From Candidatus Altiarchaeota archaeon (GTDB lineage Archaea; Altiarchaeota; Altiarchaeia; IMC4; QMZM01), in NCBI GenBank assembly GCA_038891095.1, contig JAWAEV010000001.1, positions 132,468 to 196,467 of the forward strand: a DNA stretch of 64,000 nt, written 5' to 3'. Made by a program: the position numbers and the translations under genes. The notes under the pieces are model-generated. The model had not been told where the DNA came from, made no database searches, and saw only the letters and a list, made by a program, of their open reading frames with translations. Shown here piece after piece: positions 37,519 to 48,002 of the stretch (position 1 is its first letter; the number at the start of each line of letters is the position of its first letter).

Positions 37519-38734
37519 TTTCAAGAAAAATTTTCATGAAGTTTTTGGCTTTAATTAAGCCGTATTTTTTTGCTGTTCTTTCACAATATTTCTCAATATT
37601 ATTTTTCACCTTTTTTTTGCTTGAATAAATTAAGAATGGTACTGGGTCTAATGTATGTTTTCTTAGCTCAGTTGAAGTTGTATGATCTGCTAAAACAGCA
37701 ATTTTGAAATTTTTAAATTTTATCTTATTTAGTATTCTGCCAATAACTCTTTTGTCTATAAATTCAATTGCCTTTATTTTACCTTTGAAATCTCCATTAT
37801 GACTTAGATCATCTGGCGCTTTTAAATGCAAATAAACAAAGCCCTTTCTTTTCAATTCTTTTAATGCAAAATCTGCCTTTCCTTCATAATTCGTATCTAA
37901 GGAAGCATTTGCCCTTGGAACAGTCGGAACTGAAAGTTTTATTGCTTTAGCAATTCCTTTTAGCAAAGGAACAGAAGAAATTAATGCTCCATTAATTTTA
38001 AATTTTTCTTCAAAACTTGGCATTCTCCTGTATTTTCCAATACCCCAAAACCATACCATATTTGCTTTTAGCTTACCTTCTTTAACTCTTTTTTTATTTA
38101 TCCAGTGTTCTGATAAAATTTTTTCTGATTTTAAAGTTAATTCCCTTAGAATTTTTTCAGTTTTTTTTGCACTCTTGGTAAGAGCTTTTGGTAGATAATC
38201 ATCCACTTTTTTATTAATAATTTCATGTGGTGGCCAGCACTTTACTTTTTCTGAGTATTTCTTTCTTAGGATAAGGACGCCTCTATAGCCCTCACCTTGA
38301 TAAAATTTTAATTTTTCATTGCTAAAATTTTTGTTTAGAGCATCTATTAAAATTTTTCCCTCTTTTGTGCTTATATTTCCAGCGGAGTAATGCACTAAAA
38401 TTCCATTCTCAACATTGACAAAATTCGTTCTTATAACAATTTCTCCATTTTTAAGCTTTAAATCGATAGCGTGAGCTTCTAAAGGTCCTCTACCATTAGG
38501 AAAATACTTCTTGGGAGAGTAACCTAAAATTGATAAATTTGCAATTTCGCTAGTTTTAGGCATATTCCCACTGAGAGTTTTCAATAACCCAACTCTTCCA
38601 TTACTTGCTAAAAAATCCATATTTGGAGTTGAAGCAACTTCAAGAGGGGTTTTATAATTTAACTCCTTCAGAGGAAGATCAGCCATGCCATCAGCAACAA
38701 TAACAATATACTTCATTTTAATACTTTTCGCCAT
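37511..38734 (-). CDS. apgM: Cofactor-independent phosphoglycerate mutase (ApgM family)
   Basis: ADGMAD, KTPLEVASTPNMD, SEIANLSILGY, GRGPLEA, PDDLSHNGD, ADH, HT. Start is 38716 or 38734. Confidence 0.88.
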   Translation of the reverse strand: MAKSIKMKYIVIVADGMADLPLKELNYKTPLEVASTPNMDFLASNGRVGLLKTLSGNMPKTSEIANLSILGYSPKKYFPNGRGPLEAHAIDLKLKNGEIVIRTNFVNVENGILVHYSAGNISTKEGKILIDALNKNFSNEKLKFYQGEGYRGVLILRKKYSEKVKCWPPHEIINKKVDDYLPKALTKSAKKTEKILRELTLKSEKILSEHWINKKRVKEGKLKANMVWFWGIGKYRRMPSFEEKFKINGALISSVPLLKGIAKAIKLSVPTVPRANASLDTNYEGKADFALKELKRKGFVYLHLKAPDDLSHNGDFKGKIKAIEFIDKRVIGRILNKIKFKNFKIAVLADHTTSTELRKHTLDPVPFLIYSSKKKVKNNIEKYCERTAKKYGLIKAKNFMKIFLENA

Positions 38735-38748
38735 TTAATTATTATATT

Positions 38749-39240
38749 ATGGTAAATTTAACAAATTTTAGCTCAGAAAATTTTAAGATAAGAGATTTTC
38801 GCATTTCTGATGCCAACGAAATTTTTCAGATACATAAGGAGAATGAAAAATTTTTTGAGGACTTTTCATTTTCAGAAGAATTTATAATTGATATTTCTCA
38901 AAGAAGCGACTTCAAATTTTTTGTTTGCGAATATAACAAAGATAGAAAAATTCTTGGCTTTTCAGGAGTTCTTTTCAATCAAAATACCGGGAGAGCAGAA
39001 ATTGGTCCAATAGCGGTAAGGAGAGAATTTCAAGGGATGAAAATTGGAAGTGAACTTTTAGAGCAAACACTAAAATTTTTAATTGAAATTGGTATTAGAA
39101 GATCAACTGCAAGAATAAAAGTAAAAAATACTAATGCCATAAAATTCTTTGAAAAATTTGGTTTCTCTATTGAAGGTTATTTCAAAGAATACACAAAAAA
39201 AGGTGAAGATATTGTTCAAGTTGTTAAATTTCTATATTAA
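38749..39240 (+). CDS. GNAT-family N-acetyltransferase
   Basis: IAVRREFQGMKIGSELL, NTNAIKFFEKFGF. Confidence 0.9.
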   Translation: MVNLTNFSSENFKIRDFRISDANEIFQIHKENEKFFEDFSFSEEFIIDISQRSDFKFFVCEYNKDRKILGFSGVLFNQNTGRAEIGPIAVRREFQGMKIGSELLEQTLKFLIEIGIRRSTARIKVKNTNAIKFFEKFGFSIEGYFKEYTKKGEDIVQVVKFLY

Positions 39241-39306
39241 AATTGCTTTTTATTAACTTTAATATAAAGTATTATATTTATAAAATTTTGAAAAGGAAAA
39301 GTAAAA

Positions 39307-41175
39307 ATGTTAAGTAAAAAATCTGTTGTTTTTGGATTGATAATAGTATTTTTGGTTTTTTCTTTTATAGATTTAGTTTTAGCAATACCAAGTGTGAGTG
39401 ATGAATTCAACTTGAAAGTAATTCCAGAACAGCCAAAACCATATGAAACTATAACGCTTAAGATAACAAACAAAACAGGTGATACGATAAAGAGAATGAG
39501 AATCACAGTTTATAACCCAAAACATGAGACTGTTTTTAGTGGTTTTATTTCTGAGGGTATTCTAACATTAAGTTCTTTAGACACGAAAAGTGTAGGAGTG
39601 TATAAAATTGGTATTGAAGATTATGCCGGTTTTCTTAACTTTTCAGTGAAGAATGAGTTGTGGTATGCTGGTCCAAATCCTTCTATGCCGGTAGTAGGAG
39701 AAAAAATAACCTTAGGTGTTCCACAAGGAGTTGGAGTTAAAATTTATGACTCTAAAGGGGAATTATACCTTGCATGTAAGACCCTTTTAGATGTCTTAGG
39801 TAAAGGTGTTGTAGAATTTACAATTGATACACCGGGAATTTACGAATTGAGAATTGCAGAGATTAGCGTAGATTACTGGCAGAAAAATTTATCTCTAAGA
39901 GTTTACGAAAGGAAAAAATTTGATATTGAGATAACTCCTGAAAACCCTAAAATAGAGGAAATTCTAACAATAAAAATTAGCTCTGAAGCAAATGCCGTTG
40001 AAAATGCAGAAGTTGAGATCACTTACCCATCAGGAAAAATAGAAAAGAAGATTACTGAGAAAGAAGGTAAAGTAACTGCAGTTCCCACAGAAATTGGTGA
40101 ATACCTACTAAAAGTTAGAAAAGATAAATTTGAGACTGCTGAGAAGAGATTTTCAGCATATGATTCATTCAGAGTTAAAGTAATTCCTGAGGAGATTAGT
40201 ACTGAAGACATCATAACAATTAAAGTTAGAGACAACAAAAACAGACCAGTTACTGATGCAGAATTTTCAATAAGTAATTTAATAACAGAAACAACAGATA
40301 TTGATGGTGAGTTAAGATTTCAGATTTCTAATCCTGGTAATTATAAATTTAAAATTGAAAAATTTGGTTTTTGGACATTAGAAGATAGCTTAGTTGTTTT
40401 GCCGTTATCAACACTTAACTTACCAGAAGTGGTTGAAGTTGGAATGCCAATTAAAATAGAAACTCTCAATCTCGCTAAAGAAAAAATTTCATCAACAAAG
40501 ACGATACTTAAGCCAAGTGGTGTTTTTGAGAGTATAACCTCTGATGAATATGTGCCAAATGAGATTGGGACTTATTATGTTAATGCAAAAAATCCAAGTT
40601 ATAAATCTATAAATGGAAGTTTCAAAGTAATCTCAAGGCCAATAGATGTTAGAAATGAAATTTCTGGGAGGAATATTAGAATCTTTACAAGTAGCCATTC
40701 AGTGCCAGTGTCTGGGATTGTTATTTTTGTTGAAACACCAAAAGATGAAAAAACTTTTGTTACTAATGATAATGGTACTGTTGAATTTGAAGTAGAAGAG
40801 GGCGAATTTAAAATTTATGCAAATTTAAATAAGAGAAATTTGTTTTATGAAGAGAAGATAATTCATGGCTTTGTAAGAAAACAATATTCTTTAGTCGCAT
40901 TGTTAATACCGATTTTTGTGATAATTCTATTAGCAACAATCGCGATATTAAAGCCATGGAAGAAAGAAAAAGCTTTAATGAGACTCTTTATCCAAGAGAA
41001 AGAAGGTACTTCACTTGGAAGAGTTGGTAAATTTAAAGCAAAAGAAGAGAAGGTAAAAGGAACTACCAAAACAATTATAGAAAAAGAGCCAACAAAAGAA
41101 GAAAAGAGCAAAAAAGAAGAGCCAAAGAAAGAGGAAGTTAAAAGTGAAACCCAAACATCTCTTTCATCAGTATAA
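39307..41175 (+). CDS. Surface protein with repeated Ig/carboxypeptidase-regulatory-like domains and C-terminal TM anchor
   Basis: Signal peptide; repeated PVxxA...TDxxG...PGxYxxxxxK units; TM then charged tail. Confidence 0.8.
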   Translation: MLSKKSVVFGLIIVFLVFSFIDLVLAIPSVSDEFNLKVIPEQPKPYETITLKITNKTGDTIKRMRITVYNPKHETVFSGFISEGILTLSSLDTKSVGVYKIGIEDYAGFLNFSVKNELWYAGPNPSMPVVGEKITLGVPQGVGVKIYDSKGELYLACKTLLDVLGKGVVEFTIDTPGIYELRIAEISVDYWQKNLSLRVYERKKFDIEITPENPKIEEILTIKISSEANAVENAEVEITYPSGKIEKKITEKEGKVTAVPTEIGEYLLKVRKDKFETAEKRFSAYDSFRVKVIPEEISTEDIITIKVRDNKNRPVTDAEFSISNLITETTDIDGELRFQISNPGNYKFKIEKFGFWTLEDSLVVLPLSTLNLPEVVEVGMPIKIETLNLAKEKISSTKTILKPSGVFESITSDEYVPNEIGTYYVNAKNPSYKSINGSFKVISRPIDVRNEISGRNIRIFTSSHSVPVSGIVIFVETPKDEKTFVTNDNGTVEFEVEEGEFKIYANLNKRNLFYEEKIIHGFVRKQYSLVALLIPIFVIILLATIAILKPWKKEKALMRLFIQEKEGTSLGRVGKFKAKEEKVKGTTKTIIEKEPTKEEKSKKEEPKKEEVKSETQTSLSSV

Positions 41176-41258
41176 AATTTTGCTATTTTTAACATCTGCT
41201 AACTAAATTATATTGTTATTTAGTTCCTAAAAAAATTTAGAAAATTGGAGGGGTTAAA

Positions 41259-43427
41259 ATGAACTCAAAAAATTTTATATCTTTGGCTATGGTAATCTTC
41301 TTGTTTGGATTTATTAGCCTTAACGTAAATGCAGCAAAGGACATAAAGCTAAATGTTGATGTAGTCCCAAGTTCTATAATAGTAGGTGAAAATTTTAATG
41401 TTTTAATTACTCTTGAATATGATGGTGATGACATTGAAACAAGTGATGATATTACAATAAAAATTTATAAGGAAGGTGTTCTTGTTCATGATAAAGAATA
41501 CAATTTGCCATATAGATTAAATAGCACTAATACAACTTACACATTTAATATCAGTTCAACAAGTTTTAGGGTTGATAATGCCGATGTTTGGAATAAAAAT
41601 TTAATGAACTATGAATGTGGTGATAATCAAGAAATAAAAGTTGAAATTTCTGGCGATGTTAAAAGTAGAGATGATACAGATGATATAGATATTAACCCAT
41701 ACAAGGAGGATTATGAACTCTCATTTACAATTTCTCCTGAAAACCCAAATGTTGATCAGAAAATAGTTGTGCATGTTGTTGATGAGGATAATGATGATCT
41801 TAAAGATGCAAAAGTAAAATTTACAAGGCTTGAAGATAACGATGCTTGGGATTATGACGATACCTACTTAATAAAAACAACAGATAGCAAAGGTGAGGTT
41901 ATCCTAACAAATGGGCTATCAGGAGAAAGCAAATTTAGAAGTGCGCCATATTCTAAATATCAGGTTGATGTTTATAAAGAAGGTAAATACTGCAAAGTTA
42001 CAAAATTCTTTGATACAAGAAGAAGGCTAAACATTACAGAAATTCCTTCTCCTATTTTCGTTGGAAAAGCGATAAAATTAAGGATTGTTGATGATTCTGG
42101 TGTTCCTGTTGCAAATGCAAACTTAATGGTAAGTAAAACCGGATTTAGCCAAAAATTTACAAGCGATAATAGTGGTTATGTAATTTTCACACTAGAGGAG
42201 GAAGGCACATATAATTTAATTGCTTCAAAAACAGGATATGGCGATAGTGATATAAAGAGTATTGCAGTTAATGTTCGTGGTAATCTTGGTGTTTCTATAA
42301 CTCCAAAAGATGCTATTCTTGGTAGCTCTGTTAAAATAGTTATTACCGCATCTGATGGCTCTTTACTTTCTGGAGCAAAAATACAAATAACAAAACCTGA
42401 TGGAACAAAAGAAGCATTATTAACAACACCTGAAACTGGTCAGGTTTCATACATACCTTCAATTCCTGGAACTTATACTTTGAGAGTAGAAGAAGCTTCT
42501 CATCTGCCAAGAGATGACTCCTTTATTGCTCTGAATGAATTTACTTTAACTTTACCACAGGAGATAACTCTTTACCAAGATATTGAGATTGTTGTTAGAG
42601 ATCAAAATGGATTAACAGTTGGTGGAGCTTCTATTACAATTGATTCAATTACAGGCACAACAGATAATGAAGGTAAATTTAAATTTAAATTAGAAAATCC
42701 AGGTAGCTATACAATAACTGTAAAGAAAGCAAATTTCAGAGATAAAACACAGACAATTACTACAATAGGAAATTTAAAGTTAGAGTTAAGCTCAAAAGAA
42801 ATTTTCATTGATGAACCTATTACAATTAAAGTCACAGACCAATTAGGAAAAGAGATCACAGACGCAACTATAGAGATAACAAAGCCAGACTCAACGAAAG
42901 AAAGTTCAGGAAGGGAATATAAACCTCAAACAGATGGAAATTATATCGTAACAGTTTCAAAGGCAAATTACAGACCTGCAACTGAAAATTTCACAGTAAG
43001 GAGAATTCCATTAGAAATGAAGGTTGATGTTATTGGAAATAGAATAGTAGCAACTCTCTCAAAGAATGGTGAACCACTGCAAAACATTCCTGTGAAAATT
43101 GATACAATATTTGGTGGTGAAGAAATACTAACAGATGAGCTTGGGAAAGCAGAATTTGAAATTGTAAACATAACTGAAAAAATAAATGTTACTATAAGCG
43201 TGAATTCACCAAAATATGAAAAGTTGAGTGTTGAAAGACAGGTAGTGCCAACATCGCCTTTGACAAACATTGCAATTGGAATTATTGTTGTGATAATACT
43301 TGTTCTCCTTGTGTATATACAAATAAGGAGAAGAAAACCAAAGAAAGAAAAGAGTTTAGTAGGGACTAGTTTATTACAGAAAGAAAAAAGAAAAGGTAGT
43401 AGTTTAAGTGGTTTAAGTAAATTATAA
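41259..43427 (+). CDS. Surface protein, paralog of upstream gene
   Basis: Signal peptide; TTDSKGEV, TSDNSGYV, TTDNEGKF, TDELGKA repeats; TM plus basic tail; GGAGGG SD. Confidence 0.82.
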   Translation: MNSKNFISLAMVIFLFGFISLNVNAAKDIKLNVDVVPSSIIVGENFNVLITLEYDGDDIETSDDITIKIYKEGVLVHDKEYNLPYRLNSTNTTYTFNISSTSFRVDNADVWNKNLMNYECGDNQEIKVEISGDVKSRDDTDDIDINPYKEDYELSFTISPENPNVDQKIVVHVVDEDNDDLKDAKVKFTRLEDNDAWDYDDTYLIKTTDSKGEVILTNGLSGESKFRSAPYSKYQVDVYKEGKYCKVTKFFDTRRRLNITEIPSPIFVGKAIKLRIVDDSGVPVANANLMVSKTGFSQKFTSDNSGYVIFTLEEEGTYNLIASKTGYGDSDIKSIAVNVRGNLGVSITPKDAILGSSVKIVITASDGSLLSGAKIQITKPDGTKEALLTTPETGQVSYIPSIPGTYTLRVEEASHLPRDDSFIALNEFTLTLPQEITLYQDIEIVVRDQNGLTVGGASITIDSITGTTDNEGKFKFKLENPGSYTITVKKANFRDKTQTITTIGNLKLELSSKEIFIDEPITIKVTDQLGKEITDATIEITKPDSTKESSGREYKPQTDGNYIVTVSKANYRPATENFTVRRIPLEMKVDVIGNRIVATLSKNGEPLQNIPVKIDTIFGGEEILTDELGKAEFEIVNITEKINVTISVNSPKYEKLSVERQVVPTSPLTNIAIGIIVVIILVLLVYIQIRRRKPKKEKSLVGTSLLQKEKRKGSSLSGLSKL

Positions 43428-43447
43428 TTTTTCTTAATTCTTTAATA

Positions 43448-44509
43448 ATGGCAATAGAGTTAACAACAAATGCATTTGGCGTTTTTGCTTTAAAGAACGG
43501 TAGAGTTATAGAGAAAATTTTATTTCCTAAAAATGCAAGTTTTGTTGCATTAAAGTTAGTAGAGGTAGAGAACTCAGTTTGTGAAGAAGAAAAAGAACTT
43601 GTTCTATTGCTTAAAAAATCTGGTGTAAAGGAACTCTCTGTTGATAATCCAGGAAGATTTAGAAAATTAAATTTAGGTATTGAATTTAAAAAGAAGGAAA
43701 AGTTAAGTGCTCCTGATGCTGAGCAGCTATCAATCCAAGAAGATGAATTTATGAATTTTCTCAGGGAAGTTCAAATTGAAATAGCAAAGATTAAATTAAA
43801 AGAGAGTTCATGGGATAGGATTCTAATTCAAAGCATAAACACATTGCAGGATTTAGAAAATAACAACAATATTATGGCTGAACATCTTAGGGAGTGGTAC
43901 TCACTAAATTTTCCAGAATTAGAAAAATTTTTAAAGGACCAGAAGAGTTATGCAATTGCAATAGCAAAGGAAAATGAACTTGATAAAGGCTTGAGAGAGA
44001 AAATTTCTGCAGAAAAAGCTAAAAGTTTTGGTATGAAATTTTCAACTCATGATATGGAAATTGTTAAAAAATTTGCAGAATATGTCTTGGCAGGAGAGAA
44101 AACAAAGGAAGATATTGATGCTTACATAACTTATCTTATGGAAAAAAATGCTCCAAATATAACTGCTCTTGTTGGTGCATTACTTGGAGCAAAATTGATC
44201 TCTTTAGCAGGTAGCTTAGAGAAGCTAGCATTAATGCCATCATCAACAATACAAATTTTAGGAGCTGAAAAAGCATTTTTTAAATTTCTAAAAACAAGAA
44301 AAAAACCACCAAAACATGGCATCATCTTTCAACTACCAGAAATAAGGAGTGCTAATAGAAAAATTCGTGGAAAAATTTCAAGAACATTGGCTGCAAAGTT
44401 AAGTATTGCAGCAAAAGCAGATTACTATAAAGGCGATTTTGTTGGTGATAAATTAAGAGAAGACTTTTTAAGGAGAATTGAAAGTCTAAAAAATATGGAA
44501 AGTAAATAA
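43448..44509 (+). CDS. nop5: C/D box sRNP subunit Nop5 (Nop56/58)
   Basis: LREWYSLNFPEL, APNITALVG, PSSTIQILGAEKA, PPKHGIIF, RGKISRTLA. Confidence 0.95.
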   Translation: MAIELTTNAFGVFALKNGRVIEKILFPKNASFVALKLVEVENSVCEEEKELVLLLKKSGVKELSVDNPGRFRKLNLGIEFKKKEKLSAPDAEQLSIQEDEFMNFLREVQIEIAKIKLKESSWDRILIQSINTLQDLENNNNIMAEHLREWYSLNFPELEKFLKDQKSYAIAIAKENELDKGLREKISAEKAKSFGMKFSTHDMEIVKKFAEYVLAGEKTKEDIDAYITYLMEKNAPNITALVGALLGAKLISLAGSLEKLALMPSSTIQILGAEKAFFKFLKTRKKPPKHGIIFQLPEIRSANRKIRGKISRTLAAKLSIAAKADYYKGDFVGDKLREDFLRRIESLKNMESK

Positions 44510-44512
44510 TAG

Positions 44513-46033
44513 CTATACTTCCTCAATAAAAAAATTTTTTATCCTTCTAAAGATTCCTTTTTTGCTCTCTTTAACTTTGTCTTTTAAGAAGATTGGTTTT
44601 ATCTTTGCAACTAAGCTATTTTGCTTTTCTTTTTTTATTTCCTCAGTAAGTGCTTTAGCAATATGCTTTGTTTCTCTAACTCTTATATTCACAACTATTG
44701 GTTGTTCAACACACTCGCCAACAATTAAAGCCTGACCAATAGCTAACTCTTTTATATCATTTTCCATCCCAGAAGTAAATCCTTCAATTGATTGAGCTAT
44801 TGCCTTTAAGTCATTTGGATTTGTAACTTTAAGAATTATTTGTGTGTTACATTGCGAAAGCACATTCTTATCAATTCTTGCTGGTCTTTGCGAAACTACG
44901 CCAAGGTAAAACCCAAATTTTCTGCCTTCTGAAGCAATTGTCCTTAATATATTTGAAGAGAGTGCATCTCCAAAACCCTTTTCAGGACAAAAATTGTGTG
45001 CTTCTTCAACTAAAAAAAAGAAATCTGGAAGTTCAGCTAATTTTTTTGCATTAAATAAATCCCTTGCAATTTTTCCAACAATAAGTTCTTGAATTTCTTG
45101 CTCACATCCCTTTAAATTTATTATAGATGCTTTTCCGTATTGCACAAGTTCTCCATTGCTTATAGGCAAACCATCAAAAACACCACTATTTCTTAAATTT
45201 TCTAAACCATTAATAATTTTCCATTTAGCACTACTTGAATCCAAATGAACAACATTTATCAAATCTTGCAAGGTATAGTCTCTACCTTCAAGTCTTTTAA
45301 GAGCATCATATAAAATTCCTTTTTGCTTGTCGTTGAGTTGCATTGGCATTGTCCTTATTAACTCCTCTAAGGAAAATTTTGGCTTTAGAGTTAATTTCTT
45401 TGCATCTGCATTTACAATAATGTTTGGAGCATATTCCTGAATTTGGTTTTCATAGCTATGTGGTGATACATTAAATTTTAGCATTGTATCATAGTCATCA
45501 TTCTCATATTTTAAAGAGGAATATTCACCATGAGGATCAATTATAACTACAGGAAATTTTTGTTTTAACAACTCCTCAATTAGAACAGCAACGGCATAAC
45601 TCTTTCCAGCTCCTGTTTTCGCAATAACCGCTACATGCTTACCTATCGTTTTCTTCAAATTTAAATAAACAGGAAGATTATGTCCTTCCAAAGTTCCAAG
45701 ATAAAGATTGCCTTCCTTTTTGCTCTTTATTCCTATAACTTGCATTATAATTTCTTGATCAGCAAGATAAACTTTTTGATCAGGCTTAAAGGGCATTCTT
45801 GGCATTAAAATTTGCTGTTCATGTGAATAGCCAACTGGTCTTGCACTTGCTATCATAACCTCCTCAGAATTTTGATTTATAAACCTTCTTAGATCATAAA
45901 TTCTCGCTAAGACCCAACCATATTGCTCATGGTAAACCTTCACATATGTGCCTCTCTCAACTTCTGTTGTTGAAAGTGCTATTTCAAATTTTGTTGGTTT
46001 GACTTCTCCAAAAATGCTACCTATAAGTTTCAT
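44513..46033 (-). CDS. HerA/DUF87-family ATPase
   Basis: HAS-barrel-like N-terminus, HVAVIAKTGAGKS, IIDPHGEY, EEAHNF, EGRKFG, SQRPA. Confidence 0.9.
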   Translation of the reverse strand: MKLIGSIFGEVKPTKFEIALSTTEVERGTYVKVYHEQYGWVLARIYDLRRFINQNSEEVMIASARPVGYSHEQQILMPRMPFKPDQKVYLADQEIIMQVIGIKSKKEGNLYLGTLEGHNLPVYLNLKKTIGKHVAVIAKTGAGKSYAVAVLIEELLKQKFPVVIIDPHGEYSSLKYENDDYDTMLKFNVSPHSYENQIQEYAPNIIVNADAKKLTLKPKFSLEELIRTMPMQLNDKQKGILYDALKRLEGRDYTLQDLINVVHLDSSSAKWKIINGLENLRNSGVFDGLPISNGELVQYGKASIINLKGCEQEIQELIVGKIARDLFNAKKLAELPDFFFLVEEAHNFCPEKGFGDALSSNILRTIASEGRKFGFYLGVVSQRPARIDKNVLSQCNTQIILKVTNPNDLKAIAQSIEGFTSGMENDIKELAIGQALIVGECVEQPIVVNIRVRETKHIAKALTEEIKKEKQNSLVAKIKPIFLKDKVKESKKGIFRRIKNFFIEEV

Positions 46034-47184
46034 CTCAAAACAGAAATTTCCCTTAGCTCATTAACAATTTTTGGTAAAATTTCAAGAAAATAGTTAATTT
46101 CCTGCTCAGTGTTATCCTTTCCAAGAGTTATTCTCAAGCTACCATGAGCATCTTCTGGCTTTAAACCAATTGCAATTAAAACATGACTTGGCTCAAGAGA
46201 ATGGGAAGAGCATGCTGAACCTGTAGAAGCTGCAATTCCATATGCATCTAATTTTAAAACAAGCGCTTCACCTTCAACTCCATAAAATGAGAAATTTGCA
46301 TTGTTAGGCAAACGAATTTTTTCATGTCCATTCAAGCGAACTTCTTCTATATTGTTTAAAACTTCTCTTATAAGCTTATCTCTCATTCTCTCAATTCTTT
46401 CTGCTTCACCATTTCTCATTCTCTCATATGCTAATTCAAGCGCCTTTGCTAAGCCAACTATACCAGGAACATTTTCTGTTCCAGATCTCAAGCCATGTTC
46501 ATGGCCGCCACCATGAGCAATTGCTTCTATCTTTGTGCCCTTTCTGATATATAATGCTCCAACGCCTTTTGGGCCATAGAATTTATGTCCTGATATACTC
46601 AAAAGATCAACATTTAGCTTTTCAACATTGACTGGGATTTTACCAACAGTCTGAACAGCATCACTATGCAATAGAACATCTTTTTTCTTTGCAATTTCTC
46701 CAATCTCAGCTATTGGTTGAATTGTTCCTATTTCATTATTCGCGTGCATTACTGAGATTAGCAAAGTTTTCTTGCTGACTAACTTTTCAATTTCATCTAT
46801 GCAAACAATACCTTCGCTATTAACAGAAGCGTAACTAACTTTCCAGCCATTTTTCTCTAAATATTCACAAGGGTGTAAAACAGCATGATGTTCTATCTTA
46901 CTTGTTATAATATGCTTTTTCTCTTTATTTGAAAATGCCACTCCTTTTATTGCTAAATTATTACTTTCAGTTCCGCCAGAAGTAAAATAAATTTCTTCAG
47001 AAGAAGCACCGATAATTTTTGCAATTTTTTCTCTTGAATTTTCTACAGCCTCACGAGCTTCTCTTCCAAATAAGTGCAAAGAGGATGCATTGCCATACTT
47101 ATCTGAGAAATATGGCATCATTGCTTCAAGAACCTCTCTATCAAGAGGAGTTGTTGCAGCATGGTCAAAATAAATTCTTCTCAT
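46030..47184 (-). CDS. nifS: Cysteine desulfurase (NifS/IscS)
   Basis: YFDHAATT, FTSGGTESNN, SGHKFYGPKG, RSGTENV, STGSAC. Confidence 0.95.
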   Translation of the reverse strand: MRRIYFDHAATTPLDREVLEAMMPYFSDKYGNASSLHLFGREAREAVENSREKIAKIIGASSEEIYFTSGGTESNNLAIKGVAFSNKEKKHIITSKIEHHAVLHPCEYLEKNGWKVSYASVNSEGIVCIDEIEKLVSKKTLLISVMHANNEIGTIQPIAEIGEIAKKKDVLLHSDAVQTVGKIPVNVEKLNVDLLSISGHKFYGPKGVGALYIRKGTKIEAIAHGGGHEHGLRSGTENVPGIVGLAKALELAYERMRNGEAERIERMRDKLIREVLNNIEEVRLNGHEKIRLPNNANFSFYGVEGEALVLKLDAYGIAASTGSACSSHSLEPSHVLIAIGLKPEDAHGSLRITLGKDNTEQEINYFLEILPKIVNELREISVLR

Positions 47185-47192
47185 TTTTACAA

Positions 47193-47969
47193 TTAAATTT
47201 TTAATAATTTTAATGCAACCTCAGCTGCTTTTTCTCCTGAAAGTAACATCGCTCCAAAAGTTGGTCCCATCCTTGGTAAGCCAAAAATCTCAGCAACAGA
47301 CATTCCACAAGCAATTAAACCTGGGAAAATTTCTTTTGTATAGGTAAGAACTAAATCCTCTGACTCATTAATATTCATAGCCCCAGTTCCTTTAATCTTT
47401 ATTAAATTTCTCTTTTCTAATGCTCTCATAACAACTGCCTCATGACCTGAAGCATCAATAACAATTTTAGCTTCAAGAGCAATAGGATCAACACAAGTTA
47501 TCTCTTTTGGCAAGTGAGAGACTGCATGCCAATTAGCCACAACACCAGAAACTTTTCTTTTTTTAATTATAACATCTTCAAATTTAACACAATTTAAAAT
47601 TTTTGCTCCAGCATCACATGCTGCTGAAATTAATTTTGAGCATGTTCTTGGACCATCTGATACAAATAATCCCTCTTTAATTTCCTTATAAGGTGCTTTA
47701 ATTTCATCAAGAATTTTCTCTGCTGGTTGTCGAAAAGTTAATTTATTCATTAAAAACCCTCCGATCCAAAAACCACCACCAATGTAATTATTTGCTTCAA
47801 TTAATAATGTTTTAACTTTTTTCTCAGAAAGTTTCTTTGCCGCAGTTAAACCAGATGGGCCTCCACCTACAATTATTACATCGCTTTCAGTATATTCTAA
47901 AAAATCCTCCAAAAATTCAGAAACAATAGCTCTTGTAATTTCACTCTCATTTACTTGTTTAAAAACCAT
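47193..47969 (-). CDS. thi4: Thiazole synthase Thi4 (Cys-containing type)
   Basis: GGGPSG, GGGFWIGG, ITCVDP, DASGH, PRMGPTFGAMLLSG. Confidence 0.94.
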   Translation of the reverse strand: MVFKQVNESEITRAIVSEFLEDFLEYTESDVIIVGGGPSGLTAAKKLSEKKVKTLLIEANNYIGGGFWIGGFLMNKLTFRQPAEKILDEIKAPYKEIKEGLFVSDGPRTCSKLISAACDAGAKILNCVKFEDVIIKKRKVSGVVANWHAVSHLPKEITCVDPIALEAKIVIDASGHEAVVMRALEKRNLIKIKGTGAMNINESEDLVLTYTKEIFPGLIACGMSVAEIFGLPRMGPTFGAMLLSGEKAAEVALKLLKI

Positions 47970-48002
47970 TTTATATCTTATTATTGATTTTGAATAAAAA
48001 AC

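Noticed and set aside
44513-46033. HerA-based antiviral defence system
   Set aside because: No adjacent SIR2, nuclease or DUF4297-like partner.
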